Shown here one piece after another: positions 39,384 to 52,398 of a DNA stretch of 64,000 nt. The notes under the pieces were generated by a model, which was not told the origin of the DNA, did no database searches, and was given only the letters and a program-made list of their open reading frames with translations. How positions within the stretch are numbered: position 1 is the first letter of the stretch; every line of letters starts with the position of its first letter. A program made the translations under genes and the position numbers. Source of the stretch: Rhizodiscina lignyota (lineage: Eukaryota); the NCBI GenBank assembly GCA_010015805.1, contig ML978121.1, positions 310,001-374,000 on the forward strand, in the 5' to 3' direction.

Positions 39384-39535
39384 ATTGCTGCCGGATGAAA
39401 ATTGCGGGGGCAGAGACGACGAAGCATACAATAATGCAGACTAGTTGTTAACAACATCATACGCCAGTTAAACATACCTCTTTACCAACTGTATCTTCAG
39501 TACTTAGAGTCTTAGACTACAGTTACGTTCTCAAG

Positions 39536-41577
39536 ATGCATCGGATCTTCGATCTCCCAAAGCTCTACACCCTCATCATCGAATACGCAATGGCCATCCC
39601 TTATGAGGATACGGTTGCACTACCTAGCTGGAAGAGCCGATCAGAATCACTGAATATGGCCCTAGCCCTTGGACTAACCTGCGAACGATTCTTTCCAATT
39701 GCAATGAATCGTGTGTGGGAATATCTTCCGTCCTTGGTGCCCATAATTCACCTGCTCCCGGACGACATCTGGACAATTCAAGAAGTAGAGAATCACTACA
39801 AGCAGCACAAAGCAAAGCACCATGCATGTCCATAATATCCTTGGTTTGGCTCAAGGCTGATGAGTTTCAGAGACTGGCACGTGCCGTGACAGGTTCCGAT
39901 CTAGCACGCTTCAATTTTTATGCATCTCGGGTAAAGCGCCTCTGTCTCATACCCTCGGGCCACCGAGAGAACCACCTTGAAGAGCTCATTCCAGAAGCCA
40001 GGCGTCAGGATGGGATCCCCTACAACCTCTACGACGCAGAAACCTTGGTCAGCCTGGCAAGTTACGAAAACTCATGTCCCATTTTCCCTGCTCTAGAACA
40101 TTTCGAGGCGTACAGCCTCGGCAATCAGGAATATGTGACATCTTGCATTGCGCTGCTTTCCCCATCTCTCAAGAAGATTAGCTTCGAGTACACAGCAGTA
40201 TGGGTAGACTTTACAGTGGCATATGGTTCGGAGGGACGCTTTTCGGATATACGCTTTTCGGAGGCTCGCTTCTCCGAGGCTCGACGGTTCATCAGGGCAG
40301 TTCGGAGCAAATGCACCAGACTGGAGCATATTCAAGTTGCCTCTCATGGAGGCGAAAACATGCGGCAAGGGAACCCAGAGGTCGTCCGGTTTGAGCTTAT
40401 TCGAACTGCCGAAAGCGAAGATGCAAACATATGGCAAGGAAACGAAGATCTCGTCCAACTCGCGCTTTCTCCAACACTGAAGAAGCTTGACGCTGCTTGG
40501 GAAGAGGAACACAGCCTGCGATGCTTCATCAGTAATCCGGAGCTAGCCGCTCTATGTCACAGCAACATTGAGGAGCTCCGCATGGTCGCCTCAGACACCC
40601 ATGTGCCACTTTGGTTCCAGGGGACCGAAGATGATGTGGATTCAGGGATGGTGCCAGTGAGGAAACCAACATGGCTATTCCCAAATCTAAAGGGATTGGA
40701 TTTGGTTTTTACGGACGTAGGAAGGTTTGGCACCAAGGTCTTCCTTAGATGCCTGACCTCGCAGCATCTCTGCAACGTACGGATCAGTGCAATGGATCCT
40801 GATTTTGGTGTCCCAGAATTGACGACAATGATGGAGACTGTAGTTCAGGCTCTCAACCCAAACTCCCTAAGCGAATTCTGCATTGAGCACTTTAAGACCG
40901 ACCCCAAGAGTTATACGTCTCATCGTCAGGATAAGCCGCACGCTCCTCGAAGCATACTGGATTCATTCTCCAGCAGATTTCCTCTCATTCGACGGTTTGA
41001 AATCGGGTTCCCATTCTTTTTCGACGCAATCGACAATGAGTTTCTCGAAAATGTCGGATCCGCATGGCCGAAGTTGGAGGTTTTTGCGCTTCTGGGACTT
41101 TACAGCCCGACTGCACCAACAGTGACTGGATTGGACTCGCTTTTGGAGCAGTGCCCGAACCTGCACACGGTGACCATGCAAATCAACGCCAATAAGCTTA
41201 CGAAGTCTAGATCGAGCTCGGAGCACAAGGTATGGCCTAATATGAGATCGTTAATCCTGCGTGGAGCTATTGAGGACTCCAACGAAATAGGGCATTGGTT
41301 GACAGGATCGTTTCCGAAATTGGAGTGGCTCTATTACGGGGGCTGGTGGTCATGTGAACAAACAATGTGGAGCTGGAAGGAAGCATTCGAACTGTACGCT
41401 AAGAGCAGAGGGTTGAGCGTTGATGACCTTCGGCCGGAGGGTATTCCATGGTGGGACACGGAGCATGGTGAGAAGATACAGCTTCTGCAATGGAGAGGAG
41501 TCGAATGGTGGCCGAACGGAGGAACAAGTCGAACGCTTGGTGAGCTAGGCGAGACAGCGGCTGAGATATCGAAGTGA
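39536..41577 (+). CDS. F-box-like / leucine-rich-repeat (RNI-like) protein
   Basis: N-terminal MHRIFDLPKL...LALGLTCERFFPIAMNRVW, then RFNFYASRVKRL and LRR-like units (FPALEHF, FPNLKGLDL, WPKLEVF, CPNLHTVTM, FPKLEWL). The ORFs join through a 47-nt GC-AG intron at 39824-39870. Confidence 0.7.
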
Positions 41578-41986
41578 AACCAATGCGGTCGACCATGGTA
41601 TGTTGAAAGATATGCGCTGACGCGTTGGAAGCTGCCAATGACATGATCTACGGTTCGCAAGTGCTACGATTGTGGGGCATAATCGAGCTCCTTGAGGCTT
41701 TCCTTTCGGAAATTCTGTTACAACTTTATCAGAGGACTAGGGAGCACCTCATGGCTCACAATCACGTACCATTATGAATTGCTTGCACTCGTACTATTAC
41801 GCACTTGCAGCTAGGCATTCACGTACCAATTCCCAGGTTCGTACTGGTCCCCAATCTGTACTAATCCCCAGTTCCCCATTTCAATACCGTCAATTCTATC
41901 GTCGGCTTATCGATCATTTGCCTCGCATGTTCATTCCCACTTTCTGCCCAATGCTAATCCCCACAGCTTTTAGCTTCTGCCGCTAT

Positions 41987-43981
41987 TTATTCAGCCGTCT
42001 GGTTGGACGACATAGACACCGGGGGATTCCGATACATGAGTATCACCGCGAAAACCTGAGCTACGGCAAATCCGGCCATGATCTTGAAAACAATACTATA
42101 TCCCTCACCAAATACCTCGATAACCCCATGTTGCGCCGTCGGAGGCAACGAAGCGATGAATGATACTGCATCTGCCTGCAATCGATCCTGTGCCTGTTGG
42201 CCCATTGCGCCGAAATGGGATGATAGGTGGTTGTTCAGCACTGTCGTTGCAATAGATAGGCCCAAAGCGCCGCCAAATATTCTGGCCTGCAGAGCACAGC
42301 CGCCGCCGATATCTAGAGAGTATAAGTAAATTCTCAAGCATGGTACATCTTTCATACCTGTGTCTCGCTTATCTATAATATAGGGTACGATTCCTAAGCT
42401 GATTCCGAATGGTATCCCGACTCCAAGGCCTCCAAGGATTTCATAGAAATAGACCAGACCAGGTGAACCGGAATCCTTTGGTAGAGTAGACAAAAGTCCA
42501 ACACCCACGGATTCAATGATTGCCCCAACTACACATACGTACATTGGAGGGACCTTGAGCTTTCCAGCGATGGCGTTGGCAATTACTGCACCGACTGCGA
42601 CAAAGAGATTAAATGGAATCAATCGAAGTCCTGATCGGAAAGGCGAGTCGCCTTCAACGATTTGAAAGCGTTGTGGCAGCAGAATCAACGCGGTGTTGTA
42701 AGGGACAGCGCATAGGAGTGACAATCTGTCCAATATGTCAGAGTTTGTTTGAGAGAAAGCGGAGAGGGAAGCCTACGCAAGAGTTCCGAGCCAGACTCGG
42801 TTTGTTACGAATCTCCATGGGAATAGGGGTTCTTGCTCGACTTTGTCACCAGAAACGATTCGCTCGTTCACTATAAAGGCGATAAAGAGAAGCCCGGAGA
42901 TAGTAAAGAGCACAATCGAGGCAGCAGAATCCCATTTAAAGGCAATTCCTCCTTCCAGAATCGCAGCGACGAGGAGTACGGAGGCAGTAAGGAGAAGTAT
43001 GGTTCCCGCAAAGTCCAGCCGACGCAGTGATTTGAACCGTTGCCGGAGAGTAGGAGGCTTGTACCGAGGATTATTTTGATAGGGAAAGTTGGCCGGTATC
43101 GAGAAGGAGAAGAGCAGCATAATGACGGCTCCTAATGGTACACTACTTCTGTCAGTTTCTCTCTGCGCATATAAAAGTGTTCATCCATCAGCTGGATCTA
43201 TGATTCTTGACTCCTACAGAACCAGCGCCAGTGCTACGATCAGATGTCATGTCGATCACTCAAAATAAGGGTTGACTAACTTGATCAGAAAAACCCAACG
43301 CCATTGTCCTTTTTCGCTCAGCGCGCCACCGATCATGGGCCCAAAAAGAGAACCCAAAGCAGTTGCTGCCATGATCATGGATGCAAATACTGGGACTTTC
43401 TCTTTAGGAACTAGTTCATACACGGTTGCCGTTGCACACGCTTGCATTCCTGCTGCACCGATACCTTGGAATGTTCGAAGAATGATTCTTTTAATTTAGC
43501 AAATGCCGGTTCACGCTGGCCGTCACACTTACAATTGATGCATCGTCTGTGCAGCACCACATCCTCCAGAAAACACCGTGAAGATGAAGCACGACGCTAT
43601 GTTCGCCGTCTTTCGTCCTGTTATGGCGCTCAGTTTCGCCCAAATCACAAGCAGGGTCGTGTATGTGATCAAGTATCCCGTAATTACCCAACCCTGCTGC
43701 TCAAAGCCGTTCAAGTCTTCGACGATTTTGACCAGCGACGTTGCAATTATTGGGACTTCCATGTTAACAGCAGCCGTGGCCAAGGCGCATGCGAGCGATG
43801 TTCCAAAGACCGGAAATCCCGTGCTTGGGATAATTTCGAAGTTGCCCTCGCTTTCGCCATTATAGTGTTCGTTGCCGTCGAGGCGATTGTCGATGTCTTC
43901 CTTTGTCGAGGCCAACTGCAGTTTCTCCTGTACCACCTGTAACTCGATCATGGCAGTATTATCTACCTCTGATGAAACCAT
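41987..43981 (-). CDS. MFS drug:H+ antiporter (DHA2, 14-TM type), multi-exon
   Basis: WVITGYLITYT, WAKLSAITGRK, FSGGCGAAQTMHQL, RTFQGIG, GPMIGGALS...WRWVF and LDFAG. Confidence 0.9.
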
Positions 43982-44174
43982 GTTGAACGGAACAGAGAAT
44001 AAATGCAAATGGGTTTGTGCAAAATCTTTCAACGTAAAGCACCATGCTAGAATATTATACTATGACATCCACTTCGCCTTAGCTTTCCACATCGGAAACA
44101 CCTTGACAGTAAGACAATTCCACAAGTAGACATCGCTCGCCTCGAGACCTTCATGCCTATCACCGCGTATACTG

Positions 44175-44356
44175 TACTTCCGGGGAGAGTCGTCGTACGC
44201 TAAAAATGGCGGCTAACCATCCTAGGCAAATAGTAGATACTTCTCCATACGTGGGCTTGGAGGATGATCTTAGGGGATATTATTTTCGGTCCTGATGGAA
44301 GACAGCCTGCTAAAGCCACGGCGTTTTTAGCGTACAACGGCTCTCCCCGAAAAGTA
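44175..44356. mobile_element. MITE-like element, about 180 bp, with imperfect terminal inverted repeats
   Basis: Left end TACTTCCGGGGAGAGTCGTCGTACGCTAAAAA; reverse complement of the right end TACTTTTCGGGGAGAGCCGTTGTACGCTAAAAA. Both ends are TA, and the differences are mostly C/T. Confidence 0.55.
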
Positions 44357-44905
44357 TGGTACTACCCATTAAATAGCTAGGATTCCTTCTAGAGTGCACG
44401 CTAGAATATAACTTAGATCTATTTGAGACGTGTCGGCCATTCGCATCTTTAACTTTAGCAAGCAAAGGTTGAGAAATAAAATATATCCACTTTTCACTTA
44501 CACTACTATGCTGACTCGTTTTACGTGCTTACGGGCGGATGAAGTTCCATGCGGCCGTACTGTGATAGAGGCTAGAAATTCGTCTTTCGCTGAAAACCGA
44601 AGCTGGTCAGGGCCCCCTGGCTTAACGCTCATAAATACGAATCTCTATAAATCCGTTGTGCGAATGAGCGCACAGTTTACTTTAGAATCCTAGCGGTGGC
44701 CTTCAGCCCCTACTAGCTTCAGCAACAGAGACCATAAACCTCGATAAGGCAATGCCGCATCGGAAACAGCTTGATAGTAAGACGAGATCATGGAAATGTG
44801 TTGTAGTAGACATGGAAATAATCGCAATCCACTCTCTATTCTCTGGTTCGCGAGTGGACACTGGAGAACCTCTTCATCTCACTCAGGTTGTGCTTGAGGA
44901 TCAAG

Positions 44906-46718
44906 ATGGATGGTGAAGTTCTGATGTATAGATGGTTAGCGGTCCTTGCTTTTGGACTTATACTTTGGGTATGTTTGAGAGCGCCTAAGGGGCTTCGCAG
45001 GCCAATTGACTGACTATTCATAGCAAACCAGCCTATACATCTACCGATACTTCATTCACCCACTAGCACAAATCCCAGGTCCAAAGTTTGCGGCTTTGAC
45101 TGATCTATATGCGGCGTACGAAGCTACATGTCGCCGACTTCATCTCACTACGTTGTGGAACCACCAGCAGTATGGTATGCTGGAGACATTAGGCCACTCC
45201 TGAGATGGGATGTCCGCTCATCGATATAGGATCCGTGTTTCGCGCCGGACCGAATCGCGTCATTTTCAATACCGTTTCTGCGCTCCAATGTAGGTGATCC
45301 ACAGCTTGAAGTGACAACGATCTGATAAAATATCTAGCGATTTATATCGAGAATGACTTAGCCAAATCCAAATGCTTCGAAGTAATGACGCATGGTCCTG
45401 AAGCTCGGCCTCTCTTCTGTCTCACTGACAAGGAAGAATCTCGTCTGAGACGTAAAGCAGTCAGCTCTGGGCTGTCTGATCGCAACTTACGAGATTTTGA
45501 GGATGAAATGGTTGGTCAAATTGACATGTTTCTTCGACACATTATCGAGCCCCGAGACGCCTCTATCAATCTCACACCTCCCTGCAAATATCTGGGATTT
45601 GACATCATCAGCCTTTACCTCTCCGGCAAGTGTTTGAAAATGCTTACGCTACCAGACAAGCGCGCCTTTGTAAAATTGCTTGCTGCATTTAATCACCAGT
45701 ACTACGTCTGCTTGCAAAATCCGGTTCTGTCCCGCTTGTATCTTACCACGTTCCTATACCCCAGTATTGCAGCAGCACGGGTTTTGCGGAATATTTGGGG
45801 GAAAGGGAAACGTGTTGAGAGCAGGAAGCTGGAGAGACCGAACGGCAGAAAAAGCCTTCTATTGTACATGACAAGCGCGTACAATATGAATTCAGGTCGT
45901 AAATTATCCGAAACAATAATCTCTGCTGAATCTAGTTTCCTCTTGGACGCAGGTAATTCTCCTTTTTCCATCAATGGCAGAAACTGATGAATTGAAACAT
46001 AGGCGGTAGCACCACTGGCACAACTCTCGCAGCGCTCTTCTTCTACCTATCTCGTAACCGCGAATGTTATGACAAGGTTGTCTCCGAGATCAGTTCAACC
46101 TTCTCTTCCGCTTCGAATATACGTATCGGCCCGTTATTGAGTTCGTGCAACTATCTTCGTGCTTGCATCGAAGAAGCTTTGCGCATGTCCCCTCCTATCG
46201 GCGGGACTGTGTGGCGAGAGGCGCGCTCGTCTGGGACGGATCAACGCAGTGGCGCTGGCGGCATCATCATTGACGGTCACTTCATCCCAGAAGGAACCGA
46301 GGTTGGCGTCTCCATATACTGTCTGCACCACAACGAAACATACTTTAAGGAACCGTTCCGATTCTGGCCAGAGCGTTGGCTGCCCGATTCGCAGTCGCCT
46401 GAGGATAAACACCGTGAGCGATTGCATAGGATGCGCAAGGCATTCCTCCCTTTTGGAGCAGGGACGCGTAGCTGCCCAGGTAGATCAATGGCTATAATGG
46501 AGATTAGCTTGACTATGGCCAAGGTGCTTTGGTATTTTGACTTTCACCGGACTCCAGGTCCAGAGGGCGATGTGGGTGGCGGAGGAAAGGGGCAAAGTGT
46601 CGGCCGAGAAAGGGAGGATGAGTTTCAGATACGCGATATTACTACGGCCATGCATGACGGGCCATATCTTAACTTCGAGTGCAGAGATGATCGATGGACG
46701 GAGCTCTACACCTATTGA
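44906..46718 (+). CDS. Cytochrome P450, 5 exons
   Basis: N-terminal TM helix, HPLAQIPGP, EEALR (ExxR), PERW and heme motif FGAGTRSCPG. The I-helix reads AGGSTT. Confidence 0.88.
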
Positions 46719-47518
46719 TGGGAGACACAACTAGGTTTGACTTTGGGTTGCATTTCTATATTGTACATCGGGCTTAGAAATGTCCGTTTTTGATCTTGCT
46801 CCTTCCCAGAACTGGAATTGGGAAGCTCGTATTTTGTGAATAAGGACGGCCGCGGAAAACAGCCAAACCCATGCTTTCCACCGTTGGACAGCTGGCTTAC
46901 ACATTGAACTCTCGTATGCAAAGTCTGTGTATCATTGTGCTGTTCTCTTTGGGTCTCTAAAAGGCATGGGCCGAAGGGCTATGCGGGTTGAGATAATACC
47001 TGTCGGATACTGGACACAAGATTTTCGGGAATTGTTCTGGGCCAGGTCGTCTGAGAATGAGTGCAACACTGCAAGGATCCCGGAGAGTTGATGAAAACCA
47101 GAAGTACATTTGTTTCGATTATTGCCGGTTCGATAATCGTCACCGCTCGGATTTCCAAAGTATCTCTTTCAGAAGAGGAATGCTTCCTCATTACAGTCGA
47201 GGGACACACGCAATCTCCTAAAGTGGAGAGAAGCGGACACTCCGGCACTCGGTTAGCCTTTGACCCTTCTTGATTCTCGAGAGTTTATGTTATCGCGAAC
47301 AAATTAACATTCGTACCGGTGCCTGTTTCAAATGCGGAGGTCGGTATATTGGACTGTTCCAGCAGCAGAGTCCATGGGCTACAAGATACCATTTGCAGTT
47401 CGTAAGTGCATTTTTCTTATCCAATTAACTTGCCCAGCGATACATTTTGTACATAAACATTATCAAATAATTGGAGCAATTTGCCAATTTCCAAAGATTC
47501 AAACTTCAAGGGCTACTG

Positions 47519-49376
47519 CTACTCTGCCACGCCCTTTATCCCAATATCCAACAGCGGGCCATGCTGTTGTGTTCCGAATGTGTCTCTTTCGCCAAATGTC
47601 CCCTGCGGCCAGGGCCGCTTCAGCGTACACTTCCAACCCAGGGCCGGCTCGAAGAACATGCACGTAATGATGTCTTTGTCGGTGACTTTGTAATGGGATT
47701 TAATGATTTCCCGGTTCAGTGCATGGCTCTCTCTGACGCGCTTAAAATCCTCGGCAGTGTCGAACAGGATATCAAGTGTGATTTCGAATGGGCCGGCGTT
47801 CTTTGAACGGACGACTTTTGCGAGCTCAGCGATTGTAGTTGGGCCAGCGGGGACATTTTTCTTGGCTACTTTACGTTAGCATTTCCGAAGAGTGTATATG
47901 TAATGTTTGATCTTGGAGAGACGCACGAGGCTGTTTTCTCGCCGCAGGAGGTTTTAGTCCGTGTCCATTGACCCCATTCGTTCCATTTGTATGTCCATTG
48001 GTTTGGTCTTTCCGGCTCCCAACCACAAGCTTCTCGATCGGGAACCAAGACACTGGATCATCAATATCCATGACATGATAGATTGTGAACTTGTACACGG
48101 GTCCCAGACTCGTCTCAAGGGGCGTGAGTGGCGAGGCCAAGTTCCCACCAGTGGCTACCTGGCCATCGTATGGGATATGAAGACATGTCACACGAGCGTA
48201 TGCAGCTATAGCATCTGCTTCTTCTTGCGACTGTGCCAGCACTTCTCCCAAAACACCTAATTCGTGTGTGGTTACTTGCGCGGGCTCCAGTGGGCCCATA
48301 ACAGCGTCCTTTCCGTACACATGGAAAACTAGCTTTGGGCCATCTTGTTCGTTCAATGCTGGAAAAGCTTCTTCAGTCATCGATCGAACTATATCCAAGA
48401 ATGAATCGATTTGTCGAATCAGTATAGGGTCGCGGAATCCACCGATGAAAATGGTTCGAAATCCAATCTCTTGTACACCTTCCAGCTTGATCTGGTACCT
48501 CGGAGTTGGTACAAATTTCGAGCCTCTGACGCGAACCGACTTGCCATCAGACAGTTGCTCGTATGTGGCATTTTCGAGATGCAGAACTCCTCCAGGGCCA
48601 GGTAGTTGATCTGGTCGTGTCTTCTCGTAAAAGGTATGCGCTGCAACTGAAAGAGGTGTACACCTTTCGTTCGGATTCGTCGGCACAAGGTCAAAGCAGT
48701 CTTGGTACATGACCGCCATCATAGAGCGCCCTTTTGGAACTGCGCACAACCCACCACACTCCATTATCTTTCCCATATGCCACGCAGGATCGACCTGTAC
48801 GCCTCGGTACATCGAGTATGCAATGAAGGGAGATGGATCGTACGAGCGGCCTGAGATGATGATATCCGGATCGCTTTCGAGCGCTTTGATCCAAGGTTCC
48901 GCACCCATTTGTGCTACTATTGATTTTGCATTCTGAACATCTTTGGCCTCCAGCGGAGGGGAAGAACTGCAAGAATAGACCTCCCCCGCCTGCACTTTTG
49001 CGATCATAGTGTCTCGGTCTTCATTGAACTTGATCGTCGAAACGTTGAAGGAGTAGCCTTTCTCTTTAGAAAGACCGGCAATAACATCCACCAGCCAATC
49101 AACCTGGGCATTGGTTCCAGCTCCACCAGCTGATCCAACGAGAAGCTTGATGCCGTACTGAGAACAAACGTGTAACATCGGTTTCAAATCTCGTTCGTAG
49201 GATGCTCTGCTGCATATTGTCTTGCCAGTGCCCAACATATACGGGCCAGGATCAGTTGATCCTCCATCAAGAATGATGGCTGCTGGCTTTTCTTCCTCGA
49301 CAGTGTGCCAGAACTCCCAAAGGTCGTAACCATAGCCGAGGATTCCAGCAGGTGTGAATATCTTGAAAGGCTCCAT
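47519..49376 (-). CDS. AtuA (acyclic terpene utilisation, DUF1446)-family protein fused to C-terminal DUF4387
   Basis: GILGYG, DGGSTDPGPY, AQMGAEP, GRSYDP, WHMGKIMECG and AAHTFYEK. After intron 47866-47926 a second exon (absent from the ORF track) reads LAKVVRSKNAGPFEITLDILFD...GERDTFGTQQHGPLL, with the stop at 47519. Confidence 0.85.
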
Positions 49377-50398
49377 TCCGGTTCGAATTACTGATGACTC
49401 TTGAATTAAATGAATTAGTCGAATAAATACGTTGAAAGAGAGTAATAGAATGAATATAATCGTCAAAGCCGTCCATGAAGATGGCTTTCATGACAATCTG
49501 TTGCCGAACTCCGGACCCCTCTCGAGAGATGGAAAGTCGATGTCCTCCGCCATCGGCCGCCATTAAGTAAGATCAATCCTACGTCTGGAGTAGCGACAGG
49601 CGATGATGGATCTTATTTGAGCATTCTCTCCAAAACCAAGTCGAGATGGACATACCCTTCCATCCACAAGGATGAACGAGATATCTTGGCAGCGCCATTT
49701 GAGCCGGTATCGGCAGATCTACCAGCCATTTCAACTCCCACCTCGACCTCGACTAGGAACCAAACTTAAAAGTATGTCTAGACTTGTCTAGAGCTCTTCC
49801 CGTGTGCGGAGGAGGGAAGAGAATATACTTTTTAATAGAAATTGCGACACGACGGATGAGGAGACGTGCGACAATCTCGCGGAGACTAGCGGGTTTTAAC
49901 TGCCCCGGAACTAAACCTGTTTAGGTTATATGCATCCTCCATCTTGCCCACCTGGCCCCGGTAAATCCAATACTCCGTAAACACAAAAGCACATTGTGTG
50001 TTTGCAATAGTTCTTTCAGAAGCCCAGTCAATAGTGCTTCTTTAAAGTCTGAAGGATCTTGAGAATCATCAGTATCGGCTTTGGATTACAAAAAAGAGGC
50101 GCCTTTGACTGGAGTTACGAAGGCTCAGCACGATCATTGCCGTCTCTATCTGGAGGCAAAGAACAGTGGACAACGCTATTTTGAGAGCCCCCTTTTCCAA
50201 GAACAAGTGTCAGGAGTCAGGATAGGCCCAGTACGGTATAGCGTGTGAGCACGTGCACTCGTACATTATAGCTTTGTTCTCTCCTTCAGAGTTTTTTCTC
50301 TTCATAAATCCACGAGATTTCTCACTTCGTGCTGGCTGTATGCTCTGACAACAAGGCCCTGTAAGGTTCTGTTTGGAAGCTGTGTAATCCAATCGACC

Positions 50399-51154
50399 AT
50401 GGAAGAAAACGGGATCCCTACAGATGACGAGGTCAAAAACGAGGTCAACAAAATCCGCCAGGATCAGCAGGACATCGGACGAGCCAAGATAGTCACCATT
50501 CTTAGAGATCAGTTCAACTGGCGCATCTCAGAAACAAGGCTAAAGAAATTGGTACCATCAGTCAACCAGATGAAGACATCTACTACGCAAGCGGAGCTGG
50601 GCATCCCCGAAGATGCCGTCAAGGCCCAGAAACGATATAGGGATAAGAGTACGCGGACATTTAGGATCTATGGCCGTGGTGAATACAACTACGGCGTATC
50701 GTTGAACTCAGACGTGGCCATCCAGATGGACATTGCCTATGGTCGCCTTGCTAAGGCTGGACGACCGAAGTCTGAGGAGGAAAAGCGCTCCCTCGCTTCC
50801 GCATGGCCATTACAGTTGATCTGGGACTACTATGTTGCCACGGCAAAGAAGGCGGGAGTCAGCAAGGAGGACGTTGGGTTGCAGCTCGAAGCGGAGTACG
50901 GCGTACCTTGGACATACATGCCAACGCCCAAACCGGAGTGGACGGGTCCGCAGGCGGAAGCTATGAAGGCCAAATTCAAAGAGGCTAGCCTGCAAGTGAA
51001 GCGACAGTTGATGAAGAACCCTGAGGCGAGAAGGTACATTCCAACCAACGCGAATGGGGATATCGTCTGGGACGAGGAGAAGAATGGACAGTTCGCCGTG
51101 CTGGTGGTAAAGATTGACAAAGGAGATGGCCTTCGCGAGTTTGGAGAGGTTTAA
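50399..51154 (+). CDS. Hypothetical protein, 251 aa, intronless
   Basis: Clean ATG-to-stop ORF with protein-like composition and a helical N-terminus (IGRAKIVTILRDQFNWRISETRLKK). No family recognised with confidence. Confidence 0.65.
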   Translation: MEENGIPTDDEVKNEVNKIRQDQQDIGRAKIVTILRDQFNWRISETRLKKLVPSVNQMKTSTTQAELGIPEDAVKAQKRYRDKSTRTFRIYGRGEYNYGVSLNSDVAIQMDIAYGRLAKAGRPKSEEEKRSLASAWPLQLIWDYYVATAKKAGVSKEDVGLQLEAEYGVPWTYMPTPKPEWTGPQAEAMKAKFKEASLQVKRQLMKNPEARRYIPTNANGDIVWDEEKNGQFAVLVVKIDKGDGLREFGEV

Positions 51155-52398
51155 ATGCATATGCTTGCAACAGAGACGGCTTTGATACCGGCAACTCTAC
51201 TCTGGCCATCGAGTTGGTATACGGATTTGTCCGGAATTGGTGCATCGGATCAGATTGGTACAGGAATATCTAAGTAATTTAGCGAGTTAGGGAGAGGTTT
51301 CACATTAGAGCAAGGGGAGTAACTCACCAGAGCCTACGTCCAGACCGTGGCAAGCCGTATTAGACATACATACATACAATGCAGCAGCTGGTATGGTGGA
51401 CAGTGTTCGATACCACGTGTCAACCCTTAACCAGATCGTCCCAAAATTTGCTCCTGTAAAACGCTGCTCTTATTCGAATTTTCGTTAGCTCCTTTAGACG
51501 GTCTTTTCCTTTGAAGCCCGCAAACAGTGTCGTTAGCGCCCAGGTGGCTGACTCGGGCCAGCAGTGGCCCGATTGCCGACGAAAATCGAGAATACTCCAG
51601 GCCGTTTATGTTGGAATTACTCAGCTAAATAAGCGGAAATACTACAAAGCAGTTCGGGGGTCGATGCGGCCGACCTTATTAGCGAAGTTGCGTACTGCTC
51701 AAAGCCACCAGTTTAGAGTCTACTGAAAGGAGCAGCACGTTCGAGAAGCTAGCTGCTTGAGCACCTCCGGATCCGCCAAATGCTTGAAATCCCGCAGTAT
51801 ACTTCCTTTAACCAGCGGGGACGATCTGACGATAGCACAGGGGGAGTCGGTTCATTGGAGACTGGAGTTCAAGACATTCCGCCTATAATCAAACGACCAG
51901 TTGTTTCATGTTAGGCAGGGGCGCGCAACAACTAACCTCAAAACAAGGACGAGTAGCCCCCGACTAACACCGACTAACACCGGGGTTTGTCCCTTTCCGT
52001 ACATCTTGTCAGAACCTTAACCCCACGCATGGATGAATGACTTCTTGTTTAGCTCATGGTTTCTGAATACATCTCTTCCGAAGAGCATGAACCTTGTTCT
52101 TACGCAACCACCGGAAGTAGGCAGGATTCAACACCATGCGTAACCTCTCTTTTTCCATCTCGTATTCATGGTATAATCAATCTACTCTCTCGCTCCAGTG
52201 CCTTTGTCCGAGATTGCAATTTTGCTGCGAGCAGGCTCAATGCAAAGATGATGCTGCCCGTCCAAGCGATGTACGAGTATGATTCTCCTGAGTATAGGAC
52301 TATAAAATGGATGGTTCTGCTAGCTATTCATGAAACTCAGATTGCGAGACCTACAAACTCGAGACTTAAGCCTTTTGAGCGCGGATTTCTGCACCAAG

